Source: an uncultured Fibrobacterota bacterium
GTDB lineage: Bacteria > Fibrobacterota > Chitinivibrionia > Chitinivibrionales > FEN-1185
Reading direction: 5' to 3'
DNA: 64,000 nt
Assembly (NCBI GenBank): GCA_963729895.1
Contig: CAVSQB010000031.1
Coordinates: 1-64,000, forward strand
In this document: positions 17,286 through 26,368 of the stretch, in pieces
Layout of the letters: each line of letters begins with the position of its first letter
How positions within the stretch are numbered: the first letter of the stretch is position 1
Notes under the pieces: model-generated
What the model was told of the DNA's origin: nothing
What the model saw: only the letters and a program-made list of their open reading frames with translations
Databases searched by the model: none
Made by a program: the position numbers and the translations under genes

Positions 17286-17371
17286 TCTCTGTTATAGATT
17301 GATGAAACATCGGCGGGGCGCCCTGACATTTCTTTTGTTGACATTACTGCGTGCGAAATACTTTTCCGAAA

Positions 17372-18178
17372 TCACATCATAATTAGATTAATCACCACAT
17401 TGAAGAACAAAATGAGGATGGAAGACGCGACAACGGCTTTTTTCGTGGACTCGCCCACGCCCACGGCGCCGCCCCGCGTAAAGAACCCGTAATAGCAGCC
17501 GCTGAGGGCGATGCTGCCGCCGAACACGAACCCCTTGACAATACCGATAATAACGTCCTGGGTGCGGAACAGGGCCCTCATGGAATTGTAAAAGGAAAGC
17601 GCCGACACGTCGAAGGACAAGCTCACCAGCAGCTGGGCGGAAAAGATGGCGAAGAAGAACGAGAAAATCATGAGGAACGGCGTCATGAGGAACCCCGCAA
17701 GGACGCGCGGCGAAAGCAGGTAGCAGAACGGATTGAGCGACAGGCACACCATGGCGTCAAGCTGCTCGGTCACCTTCATGGTGCCCAGCTCGGCTGCCAG
17801 TTTCGCGCCGATGCGTCCCGTGAGCACAAGGGCGATGAGCACCGGCCCAAGGTCGGTGAACACCGCCTTGCCAAGTGCGAATCCGATGTACGTTTTGGGG
17901 AAATAATCGCCGATGAGGTACTGCGCCTGCCATGCGCTCACCGCGCCGATAAACACCGAAGCCAGGAACACGATGGACACTGAATGGACGCCGATACGGA
18001 CCATCTGTTCCACGAGGAGATGGGACTTGCCCATCAGAGCGGGAACGGCGCGGATGATGTCGAGGAAGAACAGGCCGGCCGCGCCCAGATCTTCGGTCAC
18101 CTCGCGCGCCGACGAACCAAAACCGTCCGCGATGTCGTCGAATACTTCTTTGACGGATTGGGGGCGCTTGGCAAGCAT
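17372..18178 (-). CDS. MlaE-family ABC permease
   Basis: DLGPVLIALVLTGRIGA..AELGTMKVTEQLDAM..GGAVGVGESTKKAVV. Confidence 0.9.
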   Translation of the reverse strand: MLAKRPQSVKEVFDDIADGFGSSAREVTEDLGAAGLFFLDIIRAVPALMGKSHLLVEQMVRIGVHSVSIVFLASVFIGAVSAWQAQYLIGDYFPKTYIGFALGKAVFTDLGPVLIALVLTGRIGAKLAAELGTMKVTEQLDAMVCLSLNPFCYLLSPRVLAGFLMTPFLMIFSFFFAIFSAQLLVSLSFDVSALSFYNSMRALFRTQDVIIGIVKGFVFGGSIALSGCYYGFFTRGGAVGVGESTKKAVVASSILILFFNVVINLIMM

Positions 18179-18180
18179 AT

Positions 18181-19359
18181 TTACTTTTGTAAAATATCAA
18201 TTGCCAGGCCGCAATGCACTGCTATTCCCGCAAGGATGGCGCGTTCGTCGGGGACAAAACCGGCGGTATGGATGCCCGGGACGTTCTTCCTGTTTGGAGG
18301 ACGCACGCCGAGGTGAACGTACACGCCCGGCGCCTTCTGCTGGAAATAAGCGAAGTCTTCGGCGAGCATGGTGGGGACCGTTCGCCACACCACCTGCTTT
18401 TTTCCCAGCACCGCCGCGAGCGCGGAAAAGGCCCGTGCGGTTGCCGCGGGGTCGTTGTAGCCCGGAGGATAGGCTTCTTCGAACGAAACCTCCGCCGTCG
18501 CGCCGAACGAGCGCGCCGTCAGCAGCGCGACTTCCTTGACGCGGCGCGCAAGGCGCGACAGGGGGCCGGCGGACAGCGCCCGTATCGTGCCGCACAACCG
18601 CGCCTCGTCGGGTATGATGTTGTGCTTGGTGCCGGCCGCGATCTTCCCCACCGTCACCACACTCGGCTCATGCGGCGGCGATCCCCTGCTCACGAGCGTC
18701 TGCAGGGCCATGACGAGTGCGCTCGCACACACGATGGGATCAACGGATCTCTGGGGCATGGCGCCGTGCGCTCCCCTGCCGCGCACCACGATGTCGAAAT
18801 CAACGACCCCGGCATAGTCGGGGCCGCTCTTGAATCCCGCAACGCCGCAGGGATGTTCGGGATTCACGTGCAGGCCGAACACGGCATCGGCTTTGGACGG
18901 GAACACTCCTTCGCGGATCATGGTATACGCCCCGCCGGGCGCCATTTCTTCACTCGGCTGGAACAAAAAAACCACCCTGCCTTTCCACAAAGTGCGCAGG
19001 GACAGAAGCGCGTGCGCAGCGCCAAGGAGGCACGCGGCGTGCACATCGTGGCCGCAGGCGTGCGAAACGCCTTTGTTTGCGGAAGAGAATTTGAGCCCGG
19101 TTTTCTCGGCAATCGGCAGCGCATCCAGGTCGGCCCGGAGCGCAACGGTTTTTCCCGCCCCGTTTTGAAGCTCGGCCACCGCGCCGGTCCTGTTGCAGCA
19201 GAATCGCGGGCGAAGCCCCAGGGCCAGCAGGCGCGCGTGCACCAGCCGCGCCGTCGCAAATTCCTGCGTGGCAAGCTCCGGGTGCGCATGGATCTCCCGC
19301 CGCACCGCCACGCTTCCCGCAAATGCCTTGCCTGCCGCGGCCAGGATAGGGTTGTTCAC
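18181..19359 (-). CDS. M20D-family amidohydrolase
   Basis: HAHPEL, LRADLDAL, HACGHD, FQPSEE, AEDFA. Confidence 0.92.
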   Translation of the reverse strand: MNNPILAAAGKAFAGSVAVRREIHAHPELATQEFATARLVHARLLALGLRPRFCCNRTGAVAELQNGAGKTVALRADLDALPIAEKTGLKFSSANKGVSHACGHDVHAACLLGAAHALLSLRTLWKGRVVFLFQPSEEMAPGGAYTMIREGVFPSKADAVFGLHVNPEHPCGVAGFKSGPDYAGVVDFDIVVRGRGAHGAMPQRSVDPIVCASALVMALQTLVSRGSPPHEPSVVTVGKIAAGTKHNIIPDEARLCGTIRALSAGPLSRLARRVKEVALLTARSFGATAEVSFEEAYPPGYNDPAATARAFSALAAVLGKKQVVWRTVPTMLAEDFAYFQQKAPGVYVHLGVRPPNRKNVPGIHTAGFVPDERAILAGIAVHCGLAIDILQK

Positions 19360-20234
19360 CGGTACAGTTTCTCCCGTTTTCTGAAGAACTTGACAAGAGG
19401 GTCCACGTAATCCGCCTCGGTGGAAATGGGGATCTCGTCGATGCCGTTTGCGCGGAAAAAGGCCGAAAGCTCCCGGCCGCGGCGCTCCGATTCCGCGGCA
19501 AACGCGCGGCGCAGCGATGCATTGCGCGAGTCGACAAGCATGGCGGCGCCGGTTTCCGGATCGAGCAATTCGATGAGGCCCACGTCGGGCAGGTTTTTTT
19601 CGCGCGGATCGGCAATGCTGATTGCGACAAAATCGTGGCGCCGGCCCGCCACCCGGATGGGCACTTCAAACCCGGACGCGCAGAAATCGGACACCAGGAA
19701 CACCACGCTCTTCTTGGTAATAACGCGGTTGAGGAATTCGATTGCGGCCCCGATGTTCGTGCCCGGCTTTGCGGGCTTAAAATACAGCAGCTCGCGAATG
19801 ACGCGCAGCACGTGGTTCTTGCCTTTCTTGGGAGGGATATACGTCTCGACATCGGAGGTGAAGATGATGAGCCCGACCCGGTCGTTATTCTTGATTGCCG
19901 AAAAAGCAAGCAGGGCGCAGAGTTCGACGGCCACCTCGTCTTTGAACCGCTCAACCGAGCCGAAATGCCCGGACGAACTGGCGTCCACCACGAGCATCAC
20001 CGTGAGTTCACGCTCCTCCACGTGTTTCTTGACGTAGAGCTGCCCCATGCGGGCCGTGACGTTCCAGTCGACGGAGCGCACATCGTCGCCCTCGATGTAC
20101 GTGCGGACTTCCGAGAACTCCATTCCCCGGCCCTTGAAAACGCTCTGGTACTCGCCGGACAGGATGGCGTCCACGACGCTCCGCGTGCGTATCTCGATGC
20201 GGCGTACTTTCTGCAGTATTTCTTTGGGGATCAT
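19356..20234 (-). CDS. DUF58 / vWA-domain protein
   Basis: SVFKGRGMEFSEVRTYIEGDDVRSVDWNVTAR; adjacent to moxR. Confidence 0.92.
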   Translation of the reverse strand: MIPKEILQKVRRIEIRTRSVVDAILSGEYQSVFKGRGMEFSEVRTYIEGDDVRSVDWNVTARMGQLYVKKHVEERELTVMLVVDASSSGHFGSVERFKDEVAVELCALLAFSAIKNNDRVGLIIFTSDVETYIPPKKGKNHVLRVIRELLYFKPAKPGTNIGAAIEFLNRVITKKSVVFLVSDFCASGFEVPIRVAGRRHDFVAISIADPREKNLPDVGLIELLDPETGAAMLVDSRNASLRRAFAAESERRGRELSAFFRANGIDEIPISTEADYVDPLVKFFRKREKLYR

Positions 20235-20266
20235 GTGCTTTCTTCGTGCCCGAGCACCGCAGGGTG

Positions 20267-21256
20267 CTAGGGAACTTCCACACTGTCAAATATCTTCTGG
20301 ATGATGTCTTCCGGCGCAACGTTTTCCGCTTCGGCCTCGTAGGTAAGGAGCACGCGGTGCCGCAGCACGTCCATGCCCACGCTCTTGATGTCTTCCGGGG
20401 TCACGTACCCCCGTCCCCGGGTGAAGGCGTGCGCGCGCGCCGCCCGGGCGAGAAAAATGGTGGCGCGCGGAGAGGCGCCGTAGGCGATAAGGCCTTTGAG
20501 GTCCTTGAGCCCGGCCTTGTCCGGTTCGCGCGTTGCAAAGGTGATGCTCACGATATAATCTTCGACCTTGGGGTCCATGTAGATTTCGTTGACCACGCTG
20601 CGGGCGCGGAGGATCTTGTCGACCGTGATCACCGTCGCCACTTCGGGCACGTCGCCTTTTCCCATTCTGGCAAGTATTTCCTTTTCCTCTTCCCTGGTAG
20701 GATAGACTATTTTCAGTTTGAGCATGAACCTGTCGACCTGCGCTTCGGGAAGCGGATAGGTGCCCTCCTGCTCGATGGGGTTCTGCGTGGCAAGCACGAG
20801 AAACGGGTCGTCCAGAGGATAGGATGTGTTGCCGATGGTCACCTGGCGCTCCTGCATCGCTTCAAGCAGCGCGCTCTGCACCTTGGCCGGCGCCCTGTTG
20901 ATCTCGTCCGCCAGAATGATATTGGCGAAAATGGGGCCTTTCTTGGGCACAAACTCGGCGGTTTTCTGATTGTAAATCATGGTGCCCACGAGGTCGGCGG
21001 GCAGCAGGTCGGGCGTAAACTGGAGCCGCTGGAATTTGGTGTCCACGATCTTTGCGAGCGTCGATATCGCAAGGGTCTTCGCGAGTCCGGGAACGCCTTC
21101 CAGCAGGATATGGCCGCGTGTGAGGAGGCCTATGAGAAGCCGGTCGACCATTTTGCCCTGGCCCACAATCACTTTGCTCATCTCGGTTCTCAGCAGGGCA
21201 ACAAAACTGCTCTCCTCCTTGATCTTCTCGTTCAGTACGGCAATGTCCACGCTCAT
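20267..21256 (-). CDS. MoxR-family AAA+ ATPase
   Basis: LEGVPGLAKT, QFTPDLLPAD, DEINRAPAKVQSALLE, ATQNPIEQEGTYPLPEAQ. Confidence 0.95.
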   Translation of the reverse strand: MSVDIAVLNEKIKEESSFVALLRTEMSKVIVGQGKMVDRLLIGLLTRGHILLEGVPGLAKTLAISTLAKIVDTKFQRLQFTPDLLPADLVGTMIYNQKTAEFVPKKGPIFANIILADEINRAPAKVQSALLEAMQERQVTIGNTSYPLDDPFLVLATQNPIEQEGTYPLPEAQVDRFMLKLKIVYPTREEEKEILARMGKGDVPEVATVITVDKILRARSVVNEIYMDPKVEDYIVSITFATREPDKAGLKDLKGLIAYGASPRATIFLARAARAHAFTRGRGYVTPEDIKSVGMDVLRHRVLLTYEAEAENVAPEDIIQKIFDSVEVP

Positions 21257-21506
21257 CGTGCGCATCCTTTCCCAAAAAGAGATTGATTTCTTTTCACTCG
21301 AATTTGATAATCAAAAAATGGTATATATTACGATAGTGAAAGATAATTATTTTCTATACGATTGAAGCAAGTATTTCGCCCGGTCTTTCGCAAGGAGACA
21401 GGTTGTCGCAAGCCGCGAACCGCGCACCGTACAGAGATGGCCTTGTCTTTCCGGACCGTGCAGTTCCGGGCGGGCGCGGTGTTCCCACGCGCGAACGGAG
21501 CATACC

Positions 21507-21680
21507 ATGACGGCCCTCGTTCTCTGGGCAGGGCGGCTGGTTGTCCTGTTTGTCATTATCCGGATCGTTCTCTCGCTTTTCTCGAAGAAACCGATTTCTT
21601 TCGGGCACGGGCCCAAGCCGGCTCCCCGGTTCGACGCAAAAGGAAAACCGGTGGAAGACGCGGATTTCAAGGAACTCTGA
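21507..21680 (+). CDS. Small single-pass membrane protein (57 aa), absent from ORF track
   Basis: MTALVLWAGRLVVLFVIIRIVLSLFSKKP..VEDADFKEL*; GGAG RBS. Confidence 0.65.
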   Translation: MTALVLWAGRLVVLFVIIRIVLSLFSKKPISFGHGPKPAPRFDAKGKPVEDADFKEL

Positions 21681-21707
21681 GTCGCACGACGGCTGGGAGG
21701 AATTCTT

Positions 21708-22058
21708 TTGGAACTTTCCATTTCCGACATCAACAAGTTCAAGGTCATAAAGATCAGCGGCAAGGTCGACTGGGACAACGCCCGCATGCTCGACAGGGAA
21801 GTCCAGCAGATCATCGACGGCGGGTGCTCCCACATCGCGTTCAACCTCGACGAAGTAACCTTCATCTGCTCGGGCGGCATCGGCGCGCTCGTCTACAATC
21901 TTAACAAAGTGAAAAAAATGGGCGGGGCGATGTATATCATTTCCTCAAACGAATATGTCAACTACATCCTCGAAACCCTCAAATTCGACATCGTGTTCGA
22001 CGGGTTCCTTTTCGGTTCCTTCGAGGAATTCAGGAACCAGATCATCGAAAAGGACTAG
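21708..22058 (+). CDS. STAS-domain anti-sigma-factor antagonist
   Basis: ISGKVD..FNLDEVTFICSGGIGALV; AGGA RBS, TTG start. Confidence 0.85.
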   Translation: MELSISDINKFKVIKISGKVDWDNARMLDREVQQIIDGGCSHIAFNLDEVTFICSGGIGALVYNLNKVKKMGGAMYIISSNEYVNYILETLKFDIVFDGFLFGSFEEFRNQIIEKD

Positions 22059-22060
22059 CG

Positions 22061-23164
22061 GTGCCCCCAGCCTCCAACGTACCTCTCCTGCAATTCAAAC
22101 CCATTCTCAAGGAAAAGATCTGGGGCGGCACCGCGCTCCGGAATGTGCTTGACAAACAGGTCTCTCCGGGAAGCGTGGTGGGCGAGTCGTGGGAACTTTC
22201 CGGAGTGCCCGGCAACGAATCGGTAGCGACCACCGATGGGTTTGCCGGGAAAAACCTCGTGGAAATCCTTTCGGGCGACCCGCAATCCGTCGTGGGAGCA
22301 ATCCCGCGCTACAGCGGTTTTCCCCTCCTGTATAAATTCATCGACGCGGATGCAAAGCTTTCGGTCCAGGTGCATCCCGACGACGCGCAGGCCAAGGCCC
22401 GCGGGTGGGGAAATTTCGGCAAGACGGAGTGCTGGTATATCATCGACGCGAAACCCGGCGCGCAGATGGTGTGCGGCTTCAAGAACGGAACGAGCCGCGA
22501 CGATATCAAAGACACGGCGGCCACGGAGCGCATTCTTCCCTTGCTCAATTACGTCGACGTCTCGCCGGGCGACGTCCTGTTCGTGCCGGGCAGGACCGTG
22601 CACGCGGTGCTCGGCGGCGTTCTGTTCTACGAAGTGCAGGAGACGGCCGACACCACCCTGCGGCTGTACGATTGGGACCGTCTTGACAAAGGAGGGAAAC
22701 CGCGCCAGCTTCACGTGAAGGAATCCCTCGAAATAATCGACACCACATGGCACCAGTACCACAAGATTCCCGGCGTGATCATCGAGCAGACCGATGCCGT
22801 CACCCATTCGTTCCTGGTCGCGTGCCGTCATTTTGCGCTGGAAGAGTACCGTTTCAGCCTCGGCGCGGAAGTGGCGCTGCCGGTCAAACGCTCGTTTCGG
22901 GTGGTAACCGTATGCAGCGGACTCGTTAGGGTTTTGTACGGTAACGCGGCCGGTACTGTTCACAAAGGGGAAACCGTGCTCATTCCCGCCCACCTGTCGG
23001 GCGTTCGCGCAGCCGCGGAGCCGGGGACCCAGTTTCTCCTCTCCTGGGTCCCCGACCTCATCTCCGAAGTGGTGGCCCCGCTTTCCGTGAAGGGCATCTC
23101 TCCCGACGCCATCGTCCAATTGGGCGGAAACCCGGCAACAAGCGATTTGGCGGTACTGGTTTAG
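22061..23164 (+). CDS. Type I mannose-6-phosphate isomerase-like cupin
   Basis: EKIWGG, GESWELS, FPLLYKFIDA..LSVQVHP, KTECWY, RLYDWDR. Confidence 0.88.
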   Translation: MPPASNVPLLQFKPILKEKIWGGTALRNVLDKQVSPGSVVGESWELSGVPGNESVATTDGFAGKNLVEILSGDPQSVVGAIPRYSGFPLLYKFIDADAKLSVQVHPDDAQAKARGWGNFGKTECWYIIDAKPGAQMVCGFKNGTSRDDIKDTAATERILPLLNYVDVSPGDVLFVPGRTVHAVLGGVLFYEVQETADTTLRLYDWDRLDKGGKPRQLHVKESLEIIDTTWHQYHKIPGVIIEQTDAVTHSFLVACRHFALEEYRFSLGAEVALPVKRSFRVVTVCSGLVRVLYGNAAGTVHKGETVLIPAHLSGVRAAAEPGTQFLLSWVPDLISEVVAPLSVKGISPDAIVQLGGNPATSDLAVLV

Positions 23165-23183
23165 TTATCTAAATCAATTCTTA

Positions 23184-23272
23184 TTGGATAGCTGTGCCGG
23201 GTGACCCCAAAGTTGGAGTTGCTGCGAGAATCAAATCTTCGGCTGTGGGGCACCCGCGAAGTGTAGCTGCAC
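23184..23272 (+). repeat. Repeat family A, left and middle part
   Basis: TTGGATAGCTGTGCCGGGTGACCCCAAAGTTGGAGTT..GCGAGAATC..GGCTGTGGGGCACCCGCGAAGT. Confidence 0.88.
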
Positions 23273-23339
23273 AGGTTAAGGGCTTGATTCACTTTGGACG
23301 TATGTTCGCATAAAGTAACTTGACGATTGCGGGACTGCT

Positions 23340-23489
23340 CTTCTGCCGCGCGCCAGGCCGGACCGCAAGGTGTGCCAAAGCACAGTACCGCCTGATCCCT
23401 AGCCGAAGGCGGTGGGGACAGGCGGTACCGAGGCCGAAAGGCTGAGCCTGAAGGGAGGGCCGCCGTCCCGGCAGGGACGGGGCGCCCAA
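23340..23489 (-). repeat. Module B, short variant (inverted)
   Basis: CTTCTGCC..GCGCCAGGCCGGAC..GGAGGGCCGCCGTCCC..GGGACGGGGCGCCCAA is the reverse complement of the module B ends. Confidence 0.85.
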
Positions 23490-23512
23490 CTTTTTATCTT
23501 TATATTGCAAAC

Positions 23513-24370
23513 TCACCCCCCAAACCTATACTCAATCTTCCACGAAAATTCTTCCCCCGACTCGATCGTTCTTTCCAGATAGGGCTCAAAGGAGAACGTC
23601 CTGCGGTTTGCCCATACCGGCAGAAATGAAGAAGCATAATCGCACGAGACCAGCACTTCGTTGACAAGCGGATGAACCTGCCGGGCTGCAAAAAAGGCTG
23701 GCTCTTCGAGAATAAGCGGCTGATACAGCCCCTTGTCCCATTCGAAATGCGGGTCCATTTCCACCCATCCCCGATCGTTGAGAAAATAGCCGGCATTGTC
23801 CGGCACGGCAACAGGGAAACCGAACCGGCACGCAACACGGCCGGCAGGAAAGGGAAAAAAGGGATGCGGGAACCACCGGAGCGGGAATGCGTTTTCTCCT
23901 TTGTTCAGCAGTTTTGTGTGAGACGCGAGAGCGTTTCCGGACAGGAGGACGGAGCGGACAATGGAGATATCCCACTTGTCAAACACGTGCCCGGTGCGCA
24001 TCACCATGCCGGACCCCCGCCGTTCAATCTCCCACAAAGAAAATTGCGCCACATGAGGATTGGAACGGGCGTTAAACGGCGCCGCACCGCTGGTGCGCGT
24101 CACCCGCCCGACGCCCGGCACCAGCGCGTCCTCGCCCACCTTTGCCACGTCTCCATTCAGCGCGGTCACAAACACTTCAGGAGCGCCCTGGCCGTCAAAG
24201 GGGCTAAAAGAGCCATCCGGAAAGTTGGGCCCGGACAATAAATCGCCCTTTCCCCTGTCATGCACCTGGAAAATATAGCCGCCGGCGCAATACCTCGATC
24301 CCAGCAGATGCCGGTCCTCATAAGGATCAACAATATCTACGATCAGTTGGTCACTTTCCAATTTGAGCAT
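23513..24370 (-). CDS. Hypothetical protein, possible galactose-mutarotase-like fold
   Basis: 285 aa, beta-rich; N.GE..FPLRWFPHPFF and FSFEPY resemble the aldose-epimerase superfamily. Confidence 0.55.
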   Translation of the reverse strand: MLKLESDQLIVDIVDPYEDRHLLGSRYCAGGYIFQVHDRGKGDLLSGPNFPDGSFSPFDGQGAPEVFVTALNGDVAKVGEDALVPGVGRVTRTSGAAPFNARSNPHVAQFSLWEIERRGSGMVMRTGHVFDKWDISIVRSVLLSGNALASHTKLLNKGENAFPLRWFPHPFFPFPAGRVACRFGFPVAVPDNAGYFLNDRGWVEMDPHFEWDKGLYQPLILEEPAFFAARQVHPLVNEVLVSCDYASSFLPVWANRRTFSFEPYLERTIESGEEFSWKIEYRFGG

Positions 24371-24536
24371 AGAAATCAATCCGTTGCAATCGGGTTATTT
24401 GCTAGGCGGGTTTCGGAAATCGTGAGCTCATTTCGAGAATTGCCGATAAAAATGTAACCGCGCGGCTTGTATTCCATAAAATCTATTTCCCTGCAATAAT
24501 ATAAAACAGGCACCCGTATTAATGTTGGCTGCGAGT

Positions 24537-25843
24537 CAGCCCTGTCCGGCTAAACCTCTTGACCAATGGCTAATAGAATGATAATTGCACTGGAGCGGAG
24601 CGCAAAGAACGTAACCGCTCGTAATTGACCCGTAGTAATTCAATCAAGCTTTCAAAACCAAGCAGCCTTTCTCGGATAACCCGCAGTAATTCCAGCATGG
24701 TGAAGGCATACCGTGCTTGGAATTTTATAAACGACAACAGGAGATACAAGATCATGGCTATCCACACCTGTGTCATTACCGCGTTTTCGCTGGTCCCGTA
24801 GAACGTCTTTATCTTCAAGTGCTGCTTGATCCACTTGAAAAATGTTTCTATCTCCCATCTTCCCTTGTACAGTGCAGCAATTGTCGTTGCCGACAACGTG
24901 AAATTGTTCGTCAGAAAGACCAGGTTCTTGTTTAACTCCTTGTTGTAATACTGTATCAGTCGCAGCTTCTCCGGATATGCCTTGCTTTCGTAAAAATTCG
25001 ACATTTCGACTTCCTGATCACGGATAATTCCGCGTCTTACGTTCGGTTCTTTGTGCTGTCCGACAAGATGATATGCCATGTTGGATTTTGCCAGGATCAC
25101 GAATGTAACACCAGTCGTATGCAGTGAATGAAGCCAGCCAAAATCTGTGTAGCCTCGATCAATGGTGAGGATGCTGTCCGGCGGAAGCGCAGGAAAATCA
25201 TATTCGGCATCTTTCACCACCCGAATGTCATGGACTTTCCCGTCCGTCATCCGGATAAACGACGGTAGGTAACCGTCATGGTCCAGAAGCATATGAAGTT
25301 TCAATCCACCTTTGCGCCTGCGATACCGTGCCCATGGAAACGATGACAGACATACGCTGATCAAGGTTGAATCATGCGTAAATACCGGAACCTTTACCCG
25401 AAAGTCATGACGAGGTGCCAATCGCTGGCATTTATCCAGAAACTGATAGAAAAGATCTTCAAACATCTTGTATGGCCGGAGAGCGAGTGCATCTGCCAGT
25501 GTACTGCGGGCTACACTCGCAAGACCAATATGTTCCCACTTATCCGCATTGCTCTTCAGACACGCTTCTACATCCCGAAAGCTGACCAAATCCTTTACCA
25601 GCGAAAAGAGCAAAATCTGCATCTCCTGCCAGCAGGTCATGCTCTTTACGTACCTGTCTCCTTCGTACCGATTAACAATGCGCCAGAATCCCTTCCGATT
25701 CAACAGTTGCGTTATCTGATTGAATATTGTATTTCTTCTGTTCAAGGGCTGCCTCCTCTTTTTAATCGTCAAAAACTAAACCTTCAACGATAAAAATAGG
25801 TTGGTAGCCCTTCTCTTGTTGTCAATTTAACCGGACACTACTG
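24537..25843 (-). mobile_element. IS4-family insertion sequence
   Basis: TIRs CAGCCCTGTCCGGCTAAA and TTTAACCGGACACTACTG; 9-bp duplication GCTGCGAGT at 24528-24536 and 25844-25852. Confidence 0.92.
24570..25772 (-). CDS. IS4-family transposase
   Basis: DSTLI, GLKLH, IDRGY, YKGRWEIETFFKWIKQHLKIK (YREK signature). Confidence 0.93.
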   Translation of the reverse strand: MTIKKRRQPLNRRNTIFNQITQLLNRKGFWRIVNRYEGDRYVKSMTCWQEMQILLFSLVKDLVSFRDVEACLKSNADKWEHIGLASVARSTLADALALRPYKMFEDLFYQFLDKCQRLAPRHDFRVKVPVFTHDSTLISVCLSSFPWARYRRRKGGLKLHMLLDHDGYLPSFIRMTDGKVHDIRVVKDAEYDFPALPPDSILTIDRGYTDFGWLHSLHTTGVTFVILAKSNMAYHLVGQHKEPNVRRGIIRDQEVEMSNFYESKAYPEKLRLIQYYNKELNKNLVFLTNNFTLSATTIAALYKGRWEIETFFKWIKQHLKIKTFYGTSENAVMTQVWIAMILYLLLSFIKFQARYAFTMLELLRVIRERLLGFESLIELLRVNYERLRSLRSAPVQLSFY

Positions 25844-25921
25844 GCTGCGAGTAAGCAGTAGGTTTCAGTCGATAGGTTAAGTACACAGTTCCTCAGTACC
25901 TCCTACATTTCTTAAAGGGCG

Positions 25922-25953
25922 AACCTGCCGGGGCAGCCACGGCAGGTTTTTTT
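25922..25953 (+). terminator. Hairpin plus T-tract
   Basis: AACCTGCCG-GGGCAGCCA-CGGCAGGTTTTTTT. Confidence 0.55.
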
Positions 25954-26265
25954 ATTTAAGAACCGGTCTGGCAGATCAATAGTTCGCCCGGACCAAGGAG
26001 CGCGGGTGGAAACGCACGGCCGTTGCAGGGCGTGGCTGGAATCGCAAGACCGCACGGTTCGGCTCGTATCCTTGCACCTTGGGCTTTAAAGAGAGGAAAA
26101 GTTGCAGCTATCCCAGGCAAGCAGGTTCTATAACTTATTGGCAGGAAATGTGGTTACCCGTTGCTGAACTAAATATTCAGATGGGACAATTTATTCCGGC
26201 CACCCTCCGTAGTACTATTGACTGCTGACGAGTAGTAAGCAATGAACCTCCTTTAGGTGATGGTG

Positions 26266-26300
26266 AAAACCTGCAGGTTGCAGTCGCCTGCAGGTTTTTT
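26266..26300. terminator. Hairpin with A/T tracts, downstream of ettA
   Basis: AAAACCTGCAGG-TTGCAGTCG-CCTGCAGGTTTTT. Confidence 0.6.
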
Positions 26301-26368
26301 ATTGGTGGTCTGCGGAACGAATAGTTACGCGATCAAACAAATGTTGCGCAACTTTGTTGAGCGCCTGT

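Noticed and set aside
14780..23119. Many long overlapping or antisense ORFs (e.g. 14780-15835, 18214-19410, 20246-21286, 22055-23119)
   Set aside because: Shadow frames of well-supported genes in high-GC DNA.
25985..26075. Possible riboswitch or group II intron domain V
   Set aside because: GC-rich but lacks a convincing c-di-GMP consensus or catalytic domain V pairing; no RT nearby.
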